A stretch of 64,000 nucleotides of DNA from Amphiscolops sp. MND2022 (taxonomy: Eukaryota). The stretch covers positions 48,486,001 to 48,550,000 of the forward strand of contig OZ076409.1 in assembly GCA_964187785.1 (NCBI GenBank), written 5' to 3'. The notes beneath the pieces were generated by a model. It was not told the DNA's origin. It saw only the letters and a program-made list of their open reading frames with translations, and ran no database searches. Within the stretch, counting starts at the first letter, position 1. Each line of letters opens with the position of its first letter. This document shows positions 9,701 through 22,900 of this stretch, piece after piece. The translations under genes and the position numbers were made by a program.

Positions 9701-12700
9701 GGGGGATAAGAAACAAGGTGTATCCGGGGGGGGGGGGCTCATAAGGAACATAGTCCGAAACTTTTCTTCTCAAAACGATAACTAAAAGTAGTCAATGATA
9801 GTACTATTTGTACAATTATCGATAATTATTAAGACTCAAAAAAAGACGATTCCTAATATATTAAAGAGAATGAATGCGACGTTTTATAGAACGTAATCAC
9901 CGACGACGAAATTCATTGCTACGAAATTTCTGGTAATCTGTGGATGTTCCTCTGCTTTCATAAAAATTCGTTAACCACAATAAAATCTTGCTTTAAAAGC
10001 GTTGGGTCTCAGTTTCTAAATGAAATCTTGAGAAATTCATTTAGGTTTCATGCTATGGTTTTCAGAGCAGACCTGTGAAAACATCTAGGGTTGCTTCTAT
10101 TGTCAATCGAAGCATCATTTTCTGCTAAGTTCTGGATCAAGGGTTCTCAAAGTGAGCAAGGGAGCCCACACAGTTTCTAATCCGGCTCATCACTTGACAT
10201 TGTGATGTATTATTGCTTGAATTATGAAATGCCACTGAAAGGATCTGTTTTCCACTAACATGATTACTAAAGATGAGATCATCTCATCAGAGTGAACTTT
10301 TTGCTTCTAGCTTTGGCTGCGTCCGGTTATGTGAACACAACTCTGGCCAACTTACATGCCACTTCAGCAGCTGCGGCGGCCCATTCGGCTCGGTTTGCCA
10401 ACTCCACTCTGCCTCCTCAAGTTTCAGTGGAGCAACTGACGTCATCAGCCTCTCCCTATCACCATCACGTGTCAAGTGCCGCTGTGAACTCGCAGCACCA
10501 GGTGGCGGCAGCAGTATACCAGCAACACGCGGCCAGGCAGCAAAACTTGTCTCATTAGTGCGTCTCTTTAAACTACTTCAATTGTTTTTCCAGAAATTTC
10601 TGATTACTTCTGTACAAGCTTTAATGTTATTGTAATTGGTACATTGCTGACTTTCTTCACTAGCTTCAAAGGAGTGATTCAGAGAAGTCATTATCAATTA
10701 TTCTATTTTCAAACAACAAACCTGTGGTTCAAAGTTCGGAGGCTTTTAATAATTTTTATTGGGTTTGCAAAATTCAAAATTGACAATTTTCCTTGGAAAT
10801 CTGCCTGAAGTCGGAGGTATATTCTTGCTGCAATAGAATTGAATTTCGTTAATAGTTCCAAGTTTTAGATATCATCAAGTTTATGTTTCAGTGCAATTGG
10901 AGGTCGTGATCATCAAGGTCTGCACCCGGGGGCTAACCAAGGCCTATCTCTAAATTCTGCCGCGGCCGCAGCTGCTGCTCACTCGCAGATGAAGAGTAAG
11001 TTAATTTACCAATTGGCTTTTTTACCATAAATGTTTTTTTAGTTATGTCGAAAGGGATGTGTATCATGCATGCGATAAACTCTCAACTCGTTCATCATTT
11101 CTTTTAGATATCTAACTGCAAAGATCAAGTTGGTAAACCAAAAGTAACATATCTTTGTCAATTTATTCACTCTCGGTCTATCAAATTTTCATCGGTAATT
11201 CTGGCTGAACTCTTTGAAATAGAAACATTGAATAACAATTTATATTATTCACTTTCTCTTCATTCGCACTTAATTCTATAATTCTACTGCCCCTTTCGAA
11301 AGTTTAACATTCAATTTTATTTAACTCAGTTCAGTGAAACTCAATTTAGGGCATTTGAATTGCAGGTCTTTTAAACTAGATACGTTTGACCTTGACAAAA
11401 GTTTTATCTTCTCACTGATGATCTGTGTTTTGTTCTCTTTAAATAAAGGCCAAAATTGAGATAACTCTCTAAAATTTTCATGTTGAACTGTTTCAGGTCG
11501 ATGGCAAGGTCACGGAGGCTTTTCGTAATTGAAAGACTGTCAGTAGATACGAAAAAAAGATATATCAAAATATTTCGACATAATTTGTAAATTTCAAGAT
11601 CTTGACAGCCAACCACCAATTGCATCAATTCGGGAGCGGGACAAAAGAGCCGATTTTAAACGGGACAAAACAGCCGATTTTCAAAAAAGGACAAAACAGC
11701 CGATTTTCAAAATAGGACAAAACAGCCGATTTTGAAACAGTACAAAATCGCCGATTTGTAAAAATTAAAATAGCCGATTTTGTCAATGCGTAAGATTAGC
11801 AGTCAATAAAATTATTATTATAACGTAGTCAGATATGTTCACATTCCCCTAGTGTCCTAAATGCAGGAGCGAAGCGAATCGGAGCGACGTGCCATATGGC
11901 CATGCCTCAATGTTGCTACTTGGCGAAGGGAGCGAAGCGACCGAGCCATACAACAAATATAAACCTCTTCAAATAAATCAAGTTCCATGCATATTGGCTG
12001 TAACAGCACTCATTTTGTTCCGTTTTGAAAATTGGCTGTTTTGTCCCGTTTCGAAAATCGGCTGTTTTGTCTCGTTTTAAAATCGGCTGTTTTGTCCCGC
12101 ATCCATCAATTCATTTCATTCTACTCTATAGCTTACGTGCTCCTATTAGCTTAAGTATTTGATGTTGAATGTATTTTTATACAGTTTATAAAACATTTCA
12201 ATGATAATTTTTTTCCTAATAAAAATTGGAAACTTGTTTTTTTATTCTTTCTCATTATCCAGCCAGAGTTTTTGCGAAAAGTATGAATTAGGTCATTACT
12301 TGCTACTTCTCGGCGTTATAGTTTCATTGAAAATGTTTTACTTTTTATTTTAATTTCACAACGTTCAGCTTTGTTCGCTTCAGAGTGTCGGATTTTACCC
12401 ATGTCGATATTTTTAGATATGCCGAGAAATTGTAGAATTTTGAAACATTTGAGCTTATTTTTCAGCTATGAGCCCTGGATTTTCTATCCTTGCTTTATCT
12501 GAAATGTTATGGAATATGTTGACCTGGAGTTTCCTTCCTTTCAGACTTTTTTATGATAAAATTATCAGACGGACTATCAATCATCATGACGGATCCCGTT
12601 TTAACGAGTTGCAAAGTCACATCTGTTCCCAATCCAATCACTTTTGAGAGTGGCCTCATCTACTTGGCTGACTATTCTGCGAAGCGCATGATCAAACCTA

Positions 12701-15052
12701 AGAAGAAGCAGAATCCCGAGCAGCCAACAGTTGTTGACTCCGATTTGCCAAGTCCTGAGGTGAGATTTACAGGGTCACTGTAGTAACTAGTCAGGGTCAG
12801 TAGCAATCTATTATGAAGGTTATTGAAATTCAGCACCATCAAAATTGAGGAGTACCCTAAGTTGTTTTGGGAACCTTTTTTTCTTTCTCTAACGCAGAAC
12901 TATTTTTGTCTTCACGTTCCCCAGCAAGTTACAAGCTTACATTTTTTCAGATTCAATTCGTGGATGAGTTCGCATCGCCTTTCTCGTGGTTTCCTAAGGT
13001 ATCTATTTGTTGAACCTTCTGATCGATCTTCATGATCGTTTCCTCAGAACAGTTCTTTAACTGTCGCCTGTTTGCAGAACGGATTCACAGCCTACAAAAT
13101 AACATGTGAAGGGCCTAGAGCAAGCTGTGAAGTGGGAGAAGGCGGCAACAAAAACGACGGAAAAAAATCTGAAGAGGAGGAGGAGCAAAAGGAAGGGAGC
13201 AAGCGGAAAAGTAATATTGTAAAGCTATCTGATGTCAAAAAATCTGTTTTGGAAAGTGCCAGACAACGCAAGTCAGATCCCGTATCAGGTTAGATATTCC
13301 TAAGTTATCTTTTTGGCATATTTCCACACGCGTTTTCACTTGACAATTTGATATTCTGCTATCTGATTTCCTTTTAGAGCTGTAAATTCATTTCAACACT
13401 TGATGGTTTGCTATTTTCGGAAAGGTGTTTGAACAAATAGGGTACGAATATTACAGAAATGAATTTTTTTCCAGTCACACTGAAGGGTTACTAACTAGTA
13501 GTTGTCTGAAATAAAACGTGACTATGATAGTGGTTTTTTTGTCGTTTTTTTTTCAATCTGGTCGATGTGAACGTGAAAGATCTTCCAAAATGGTCATCCA
13601 TCTTTTTTGACAGTTTTAGTTAGCCTACAAAGTTGTGTTGGTTTTTCTAGCACTGCAACTTTGGAAAGACTCCCATTTCTCTAAAGGGTTCCCTTCAGTT
13701 TAAAAAAATATATTTTCAGTTAGAAAGTAGCCTTTCGTTTTTTCGGCACTGTGCAATTTTTTAAAGATTTTTTTTTCATACCTCGAAAGGGTTCTCGCTT
13801 TGGTTTTAATTTGATCTTTCATGATAGGAGAAAGCCATTTTAAGCCCAGAGAGTAATTATCGGCAGTTCCGTTCCTTGAGCAGTATGCCCTTTTTGAGTC
13901 TTGAGCAAGGCGCCAATTTATGGTTTTCCCGACTTGCATATCTTTGCGGAGCAAGTATGAAATGTATAACGCTGTTTATGAGGTAAATGTGTACTAAGAA
14001 ATACCTTTTGGATTTTTTTGCCACTGTGAGACCTTTCATCGAAATTTTTTTTTCAACTTAAGTGCCTCCCCTTTTGTTTTTTTTTTGTTTTCAGATAGAA
14101 AGTCTTTATTAGCCTTAAAAAGGCAAACTGGTTTTTTGCACTTTGAATTTTGCGGAATTGAAAGAAAGTTTAGCTCGAGCCTTACAAAGCACTTTCACCA
14201 AACCAAAAAATCCCTTTGGTTTCGTATAACTTTGCGAACATGAAAAACTTTTGAACCTGTGCAGGAATCGAACCCAGTTACTCCTGCTTCCAAACCACGC
14301 ACACTATCTATTACGCCACGTGGCCAGACAACATGAAGTTTATGAAATCTGTTTGTTCTTGGCCTCAAAGTATTAGTCTGCTTTTTGTTCGAAGAAAGCG
14401 TCGACTTGATAATTAGATTTTTTTATACTATTAGATCGTTGGATACCTCATTTTGTCACAGTTACAAGTTTATATGCTAAATCTGCCCAAATGAATTCAT
14501 TTTCAATTGAAAAGAAATGATTTTTTAACAGGGGAACAAGTTAAACGTACAGTAGTTTCAACCTCCTCTCAAGTGCAATCTGTTTCATCCAGCCAAAACG
14601 CTGCAGATATTCCGTCATCATCGCAATATTCATCACCAGTTTCAAACAACGAAGTAATACAAGAAGTTTCTATCCATTCATCATCAACAGCAACACCTCA
14701 AAAAGCAATGACACCTCAAATGACTTCGCCATCTGTATATGAATCATCGACGCCCCAGGTAGCGCAAAAGCAGCTTTTGCAGAAGAAAGTAAAAACAGAA
14801 ACTTTTCAGCTACACAAACCTTCATCGCTCACAAACTGTGCTTCAGTATCCACGTTGAATAGTGAAATAGCAGCGGAAGAAAAAGTGGCTTCAACTGATC
14901 AACTAGGACCGATATGCTCTAAAAACGAGGAAGAAGTTCCCCTGAGCAGGGGAATGAGCGAGAGTACAAAACCATCTGATGTGACTATCTCCCAAGAATG
15001 TGGTGCAAAAATGGGAACAGCAGCAAGCTATGAGTTCCTTTTGGATTGGTAA
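6739..15052 (+). CDS. Spliced host gene encoding an unrecognised low-complexity His/Ala/Ser-rich protein (~715 aa)
   Basis: Phase-consistent GT-AG exon chain: 6739-6877, 7419-7594, 7787-7806, 8170-8222, 8706-8827, 9063-9354, 10311-10557, 10892-10995, 12545-12759, 12951-12998, 13078-13288, 14532-15052 (2148 nt, no internal stop). It contains His-rich runs, an RS-like RKRNRSRSPSP stretch and poly-Ala. The 20-nt exon and the 10995-12545 junction are least certain; this could be two genes. Confidence 0.6.
9368..9938. mobile_element. MITE-like TIR element (GAGGCGGAAATTT... family)
   Basis: Left end has GAAATTTCGTCG-type subrepeats and the right end has inverted (CG)ACGAAATT copies ending TGGTAATC. 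Flanks TGTGAGTG/TGTGGATG resemble a decayed 8-bp TSD. Same termini as 53474-56030. Confidence 0.6.
11632..12104. mobile_element. Foldback/MITE-like element with tandemly repeated TIRs and an 8-bp TSD
   Basis: Left arm repeats GGGACAAAACAGCCGATTTT and the right arm repeats AAAATCGGCTGTTTTGTCCC. ATCAATTC occurs at 11624-11631 and 12105-12112. Confidence 0.85.
11810..12010 (+). repeat. ~200-bp Helitron-like core, copy 1 (3' CTAG missing)
   Basis: Closely matches the reverse complement of 28571-28763 and contains GAGCGAAGCGA motifs. Confidence 0.75.
14262..14326 (-). other. tRNA-derived (SINE-head-like) segment inside a HINE-like element
   Basis: The minus strand reads GGCCACGTGGCGTAATAGATAGTGTGCGTGGTTTGGAAGCAGGAGTAACTGGGTTCGATTCCTGC, with box A-like and box B (GGTTCGATTCC) motifs but poor stems. 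It lies just inside a family-type hairpin at 14373-14410. Confidence 0.55.
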
Positions 15053-16214
15053 CCAAACGCTGCTGATGGTTCTAGAAATTCAACAGATGACATCATGGAA
15101 TGTTCACTCCAGGTCGAAGTCATTTTCAGAAGTTCATCAATACTAATATAATTCAAGTGTATGAGACCTTTTCAAATCTGAAAATTTTTGTCAGGTGATA
15201 AAGGGAAAAGGTGCTTTTTATCCTTATTCATATTTACGACAATTCATTTCTAATCCATCTTTAGATGTAGTATGTTGTTTCGTAACGAATGCTTTGCAAA
15301 AAATCAATATTTAAATAAATGTTTTAGAAATCTAGACAATTTTGTGAAATTCACTCTGCTGCAATTGATCATGAAAAATCAATTTTGTACTTGCAAAATT
15401 TTGTTGGTGTTTTTAGTAACAGGAAAAGTACACATTATTACATGTTTTTCGTTACGATGTTTTCTCACCAACGGCTGTACGCAGTGGTAAAGCAGTCTAC
15501 CAGTAAACCCAAAATATCGACATTAGTGATTTTTATAAGAACGTTTGCAAGTGTGTACGAGACAAGCCCAAAATCAATTCATTTTTAACATTCAACTTGA
15601 ATTGTACAGATTTAACAGTTAGCCATGTTCCCATCAATGGGTTGCTCCGATTAAAGTCTCACTGACAGTAGAGTTGATTGCCTAACATTTTTCATGGTTT
15701 TTGTTGCATTGGTACGAATTAGTGTACCATGTAATTTGTTCTGCGCCATATTGGCATTTTCTCACTCGGCGCCGCCACTGATTTGGGCACCACCGCTCAG
15801 TCGCTTCGTCTCATGGTCTGATGAACAGCTAGTCTTGGGTTCGAACCTCGGCTTCACCGTTTTAGTAAGTGCTTCATCAAATCTAACGCGACTCTTATGA
15901 AAAGTTTTTAATTTAAATGAATGGCTATATGGAATATTCAGGGAACAGCAAAATGAATCGGAACCACTCACTTGGGGCAGAGAATGAGCTTATGGCCTCT
16001 TCGAGTCTCTGCCCCTGTGAACCAGTCATTTTTGAAGTACATTGAAAAAGCGAACATTTTTCGAAATTTCTTTGGCAGGGACCATCTCAAATTATTCTAA
16101 TTGTGGTGTTGTGTTTCATCTCTTGACTATCTGTGGAATTTTTCATTAGCTTTCCGTAAAAAGTTTCCGGAACTCCAAATCATCGAATGCGTAGATACTA
16201 TCTGATATTGATAT

Positions 16215-16531
16215 TTTGCAAATGAATGGATGTTGAAAAATCCCAAAGGCTCATCTCGGTTTTCGGCATTATGCGACTTGCCGGAGACATTTTTTTGAAA
16301 AAAAAAATCGATTTTTTTCTCAATTTTTTGTTTTTTGAGAGGTTTTCGGTTGAGCAAGATGGGTTTTTTGCTGTTTCCAGAAAGGGAGACGACGATTTTC
16401 GAGTCTTTTGCGTATTCCTTCGGGTATTTTTGGCACTGTAAAATTGATGGAATTTTAACAATAGTGCCCTTTTGCATATTTGACATTTTTTTCAGCCTTA
16501 CCAAGCTGACTTGGGCCGTTCCCGGCTTGTG
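16215..16531 (+). mobile_element. HINE-like element, 3' portion
   Basis: TTTTCGGCATT motifs and the terminal GCTGACTTGGGCCGTTCCCGGCTTG. Confidence 0.55.
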
Positions 16532-16922
16532 TTCTTCTGTAGCTCTGATCCGACCACTTTTACGTAGAATAGATGGAGCTAATTGTCCCCGTGCTTTGAA
16601 CGAATAAAACTTTTGAGAAAAACAGTTTTCAATTTATTTTAAACGTATGAGAACGTATTTTTTTTCAATAACAAATGTTTTTTCCAACCCTGGTCTCGTG
16701 ATCGATTCCCTCTTCTAGCGTTATTTTTTTTCTTTTTTAATCTCATTGGGTATCTAGACATCTCCAATTTTACTATGTTTCAATATTTTCAGAACTGGTG
16801 TTGTTGATCCAAACAGCAGCTGCAGAAAAAAAGTCTGCATGCATGCTATAGCTGTCTGGAAGACTGATATCATCTCGTATTAAAACGTAGAAGATCTGAC
16901 TGTACATCTGTTCTCCATCAAC

Positions 16923-19900
16923 ATGTTAGGTCAAAAATACAGAAGCATTGACGATATTGACTCGTTAGTATGTTTTCACGGGCTTCAATCGCTTTTAATG
17001 AATTGATGCGAAACCCGTCTGAAAATTGAATATGGCGATTTTTCTTATATATTTATGAAGGAAGTCCTCTGCTCATTGAGAAAAATCACGAGGAAGGAAA
17101 CACTACTGTCATGGAAAATAAACAGAACGTTTTAAATTATAGTTTAAGTTTGGTTTCATGTGAAACTTACGTGAAGTGGCACTAACGTTTTCGAAGCGCT
17201 TCATGGCTGGTTGTTGGCAGGTCTGTGCAAATGAAATTGTACTCCTTGACGAAACGAGAGTTGTTCACAGTCTTCTTTCTCTTCTTCACGGCGATCGCAG
17301 TTACAACTATTATTGGGTTAAATGGTTAGTAGTTGTAAGAAATAACTGAATTATTATAATCATTGACCCACAGGGCAGCGAATTCCCGTGTAAGATCGGA
17401 TGTTCAAGTAAGAATCCAAGTAACAATCGATGTTGATAAAGTCTACGAAAAGTTTGTAAAGAGTTCTTTAATGGCAGAAAAGCCTCAATTTGGTGGGCTA
17501 CAGTGTTACAGTTGGAATATGAACAGCCTGTCTTGGAACGTGAGTATTAGTCTCCTTTTTTAGGTAAGAAGAAAGAATTTGGAATCTTGAGTGGAAATTT
17601 TTCATTCCTCGAGTAAGCTGGTTGTGATGAAATGATCCGCATTATTTTTACGGCTAAGTCAAAACGCCAGGAATAAATATATTTTTGAAGACAGTAAACA
17701 ACGCCTATGAACTTCAAGAAGCTTTCTACGATCAAAGTGAAATTTTCTATGCTACTATTTCTGAGGGGTTTATGGGCTAGAGAGTTGAAAGATACTGTGT
17801 CAACTTCATACACTGCGAACAATTTTGCGTGAAAGAATTTGCTACTCTTTGGAGATAAAACAAGAAATTTGACTCGAAGTAATTGTTTTTAACAAAAAAG
17901 TAAAACCAATAGAACAGCATTTTTGTGAAATCATTTTTATTATGTCTGTAAAATCTTTTTACTTAGGCAAATAACTGCAACATTCCCATTCGACGTCTTA
18001 AGCTTATAATATACTGCTAATTTCCGTATTGGTAAGGTTGCTCAAGCAATCTTGATACGGGCTTCTTGTGTTTAATTCAATTAGTGGGAAAGAATGTCAT
18101 CTCACGTGTTGAATGCTCTCAAAAATCATGAAAAAGAGTTTGAAAAATCCTCGCAGTTCAACGAAGTTATCCAGCTGTACATTTTATGAAAAGACCTATT
18201 TAGTTTTTAGTCGTCGTTTTTAGTTAACTAAAATCACAGACTATTCCCGTCACTTCTTACTTTTTTAAAAGATAACCAGGAATGCAACGGAATGAAATTT
18301 TCGTTCTCAATCGTTTGTGCCAACTTTGAGCTGTTCTCGGCTGTTAGTTTTTGGCGTTATTGAAAGGTGCTATGAGGAGGTTATGCATTACAGTTTTGGC
18401 AAAAAGCGCACGCACACAATCGCTGACCTTTCCATGTTACTTTTTAAAACCTATGCTTATGTGTCGTGATAGCCATCCATTACATCTGGTTCGTTTGGCC
18501 GATGCTCTGAATTTACTGGAGTGAAAAATAAAATGTGTTCTACTGTTCAAAGACTATTAGTATAAAATATCCAACTGATCTTTAAGTTCAACTGGTCTAT
18601 AGATATTGTTGAAACTGGTGAGGTTTTTAGTATGAATCGGACTGCAATGACAATGAGAGGAGTGGAGTACAACACCGGGCGAAATGTTGATAAAATCAGC
18701 TGCTTCCGATGTTCCTTCTCCCAAAATGCAATTCGACTTTTTCAGTCAAGTTTTTGCCACATTCTGTCGTTTTACCAGCAAAGTAGGATTTTTGCATTTG
18801 AAACCTTAGTGATGAAAACTTGTGAGTGTCTTCCTTTAAACGAATTATTCCAAAGGTTATTGAAGTGAAGAAGCATTGGTGAAAATCGGAAATGGAATGT
18901 GGATTTTTTGGACTTTTAACTATCGAGTTCTTCATGATATGTACGATCAATGCGCATTGACTTGTCCTGTGGACTTATTAAAGCTGCTATGCGAGTATTT
19001 AAGAGTGGCTTTAATTTTTTTTGTCATTTGATCTGTAAAATGTGTCATCTTGAAGTTGTCTCTTCGCTTAAAATTTTGGAACGTTTTGTGTGACTGGCAT
19101 TTCCATTACGTTTTGAAACATCACACATCACTTGTAATTTTCTTCAAGTGAATGAATGAAGTCGTCGAACGAAAAATTGCCATTCGTAAAACCAAAACTG
19201 AATACATTTTTTTCCATCTGATTTCTGCAATCAGTCATTTGTGATAATAAAGGAAATGAGCACCTTTCTCCAATCTGAGTTCGGATTCTTTACAAACCTA
19301 CCAAGCAAAAAACTTCCAATAGTTGAATATTTGTTTCACTTGGTGTTTCAGGCCCATCAGTTGTCTACCAGGATGTTCAGAAGTCTTCAGACCTTCCATC
19401 CAAGCCCAAACATCTGGACGTTAGTACATGCATTTAGGAAAGCCAGTTTAGAAAAATGGAAATGTTTGAATCGCCTTTGCGTTTCAGAAAGGTCCATTCA
19501 TTTTGGAGTCTCCGTACTTGTCATCTTTCAACCAACAGCTCTATCTTTGGTGTCACATCAAGACCAACAATTCTGGCTGTAAGTATCTTTGAAATTTTTG
19601 CTCGATGAGTTTCATGTTTAGCTCATGCGTTTTTTTTTACCAGTTTTCCTAGTTGTATTTCAAAAAATTTACAGAACATAGCATACTTAGTTTCGAACCA
19701 GTTTTGAGAAATGTTTTTGACCTACCAATTAGGTTTATCATGGCGTTTTCCATCGTAAAGTGCAACTTTGTTTAGCTGGGAGGTATACGGAGCCATTCAG
19801 AATGAATGTGAATATCTTGGGCAAAGAGAAGCAGTACGGCTTTGAGGTGAATCCCGAGTCTGAAGAGCGCAGACGCATTCTGGAATGCCAAAAATCGGTT

Positions 19901-22900
19901 AGTCCTATCGGCAAAGACGTCATTAATTATCAATTTTAATGCGCTTGTTCTTGATGCGCAAAAGTTGGCAGAAACATTTTTTCGAACTTTGGATTTGGAT
20001 TTTTCTGCAGGACTGTGACGATTTTCTGGTGATGCATTTGGGTCACTTGGAATACTTATTGTATACTGTTACTGTCAAGTTCTCGGGACTAGGACGCCTG
20101 CCTCACAGTATCAGTGACGTCGTCTTCACAGTGAGTACCAAGTGCAAATTTCATCGACAGAGGAACATCTTTGAATATCGTCATGCTTGTTGTTTCAGTT
20201 CCAAACATTCAACCCCAATTTCACTCAGCTGGAAATTTGGTTCCGCTTTGCTTTTCTTGTCGTCACCTTTGCTGCAATCTGCTTGTTCGCCCACTCCATG
20301 AGGAAGTTCTCCATGAAAGACTGGACCATTGAACAGAGGTGATATTTATTGAAGGAGTTTTGTGTGCTTTCCTCCTGATGAAATTAATCTCAGAAAAAAG
20401 TCAATGGGAATTTTATATTCTCATTTTGTTTTCGTTTTCACCAAATATTCATTTTCCCAGTACTAGGAAATGATTTTTTTTTCTGGAAAATTAAGCATGC
20501 ATCTGCAAAAATTAACAAAAAAAACTAAGCACTCCAGAATTTTTCCGGGAACTTGAGCATTGCGTAGTTAACTTGTGAAATGACAAATTTTCAGGTTAAA
20601 TAATGTTCGTTTTTAGTAGAAAATATTATTCCGCAAATTCCACAGAATTTTTTTCTTTCGCCTGAAAATTGACGTGGCGAATCGCAAACGTTTTCTGTAA
20701 TGAGTGCTTTTTCAGGTGGTTGGTGATTCTCCTTCCACTCCTACTGCTTTACAACAACCCAGTGTTCGCTCTCACTTTCCTGATCAGTTCATGGGTGCCC
20801 AACTTGCTCGACGCTTTTTTCCAGACCCTCTTCTGCGCTGCACTACTGCTTTTCTGGATATGCACATATCACGGTCTCAGAATGGGAGAGCGATCCCTCT
20901 GTCTGTTCTACGTACCCAAGCTGGTGCTGGTCGGAATCATTTGGGTGTTGGCTTTCTTCTTCGCTTCTTGGGAAGGCTATCACAAAATAGTCGATCCAAC
21001 TTACTCCACTGACTACGATTTTCACGGATTCAATGTAAGCATGCGCTGTCATACATTGTGTGCTCGTCTTCACGGTTGAAGTCAAAACGGTTGTCTTCCA
21101 AGAAGGTTTTATTAAAAGAACAATGGTTAAATGCAATGTTAACTGTTTTGCACAATGTAGGTCCTGTGACAAAAGGAGTATGACGGCAAAACACTTTTAC
21201 TTTACATGAGTGGTAAACAAAAGCTGGTTTACGGAGTACTAAAGGTCAAACGTACTAGAATCGGGAGTACTGTACGGTACGAATTACGTAACCAAAGTCA
21301 CGTGGTACGGCGTACTACATTTTCGGTCAAGGTCAAAACTAATTAATTGTCTTTTAGGTCGTTGAGACTTTTGCATCAGCAACATCCTCCGGGCGCGGAA
21401 GAGGTGTTGGATCAATTACTGGAACTAGCTTAACAACAGGACGATTGTAGGTACCCGTTTTGGTTCGGACATCCGCTGAACGAGCGATGCCGTCGATGCC
21501 ATATTTTAAAGACAAGATCCTTCCAAGAGGATAGTAGCCACGAGGGTTCTGCGCATCAACAATCCATACAAGATCGTTTACTTTCAGTTCTCTATCGGAA
21601 GGCGAGTACCATTTCGAACGCTTATTCAGGCTCGGAGTATATTCGCGAAGCCAACGAGACCAAATTGAATCAGCGTACGTTTGTGCGCGTGCGTACCGTA
21701 CCGCTTGCGATGATTTATTCACACGAATCTAATGATGGGAAAGAAGAACAAGGTCCACGCAACAAGAAGTGATTTGGTGTAAGGGCTTCGATTTCAGTCG
21801 GGTCGTTGCTTACGGATGTTAAAGGTCGCGCATTTAGGAATTGTTCGGCGAGGCAAAGGGACGTTTGGAGAACTTCGTCAGTCAACCTGCGACTACCGAG
21901 TATTATATAGAGAACCTGTTTGCAACTACGCACCATTCGCTCCCATGATCCCCCGTGGTGGGGAGCACCAGCAGGATTAAACTTCCATTTGATCTTCCTG
22001 TGAGCAAGTAAGGAGGGCGCTTTTTCCAGTTCTCGACGCAAAGGAGAAACTCTTTGTCTGCGCCAACGAAATTGGTGCCGTTGTCGGAGCAGATAACCGA
22101 CGGTTGTCCGCGTTGGGAGATGAATAGCTCGATACCCATGACACATGAGCTTGCGTCTAACGATGGTACTACTTCAATGTGTATGGACTGAGTGGTTAAA
22201 CAAGTAAATGAGAAACACCAGCGCTTCTCTGTTGACCGGCGGACTGCGACGTGGAACGGGCCGGAATAGTCCACTCCGCAATTAGAAAATGGTCGCAGTC
22301 GGTAACCCGAACGTTCAATGGGCAAATCCGCCATCATAGGGGCCAATGTTTCCGGTTTACGTTTGCGGCATACGAAACAATCCGACTTCACAGATCGTAA
22401 AAGTGAACGAATTCGCAAAATGAAAAAGCGCTGCTGCAGCTGAGCTCTGACGTAGTCGGAACCTTGATGACAATAGAGCGCGTGTAGGTGATGAACAAAA
22501 AGTTTCACTAAGGGGTGACGGCCCTCCAAAATGATAGGATGTTTTGCTTCAAAGTGGGACACATTCAAACGCCTCGTACGTCCTGTACAGCGCAACAATC
22601 CCTTTGGATCAACAAATGGCGATAGTGAAACAATGCGGCTCGACTTAGAGATGTTCTGCTGCTTCTGAAGCGCGTCAAACTCATTTGAGAAAGTTTCCCG
22701 CTGGGAAACGAAGAAAAGTTTCAGTTCCGCTTCCTCTATTTCAAATGGGTCCTCAATTACATCGGTACAGTTGTGCCTGCGATTGACGTGCAATCTCAGA
22801 ATGTACACGGTTATCCGAACAAGTTTCGAGAAAGAACTGTACCTCTCCCAATTGAAGATCACATTCGATTCCTTGTTTCCAGAGAAGACGTTCGCGACGA

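Noticed and set aside
14262..14326. Functional tRNA gene
   Set aside because: The acceptor and D stems do not pair convincingly, and it is embedded in a repeat.
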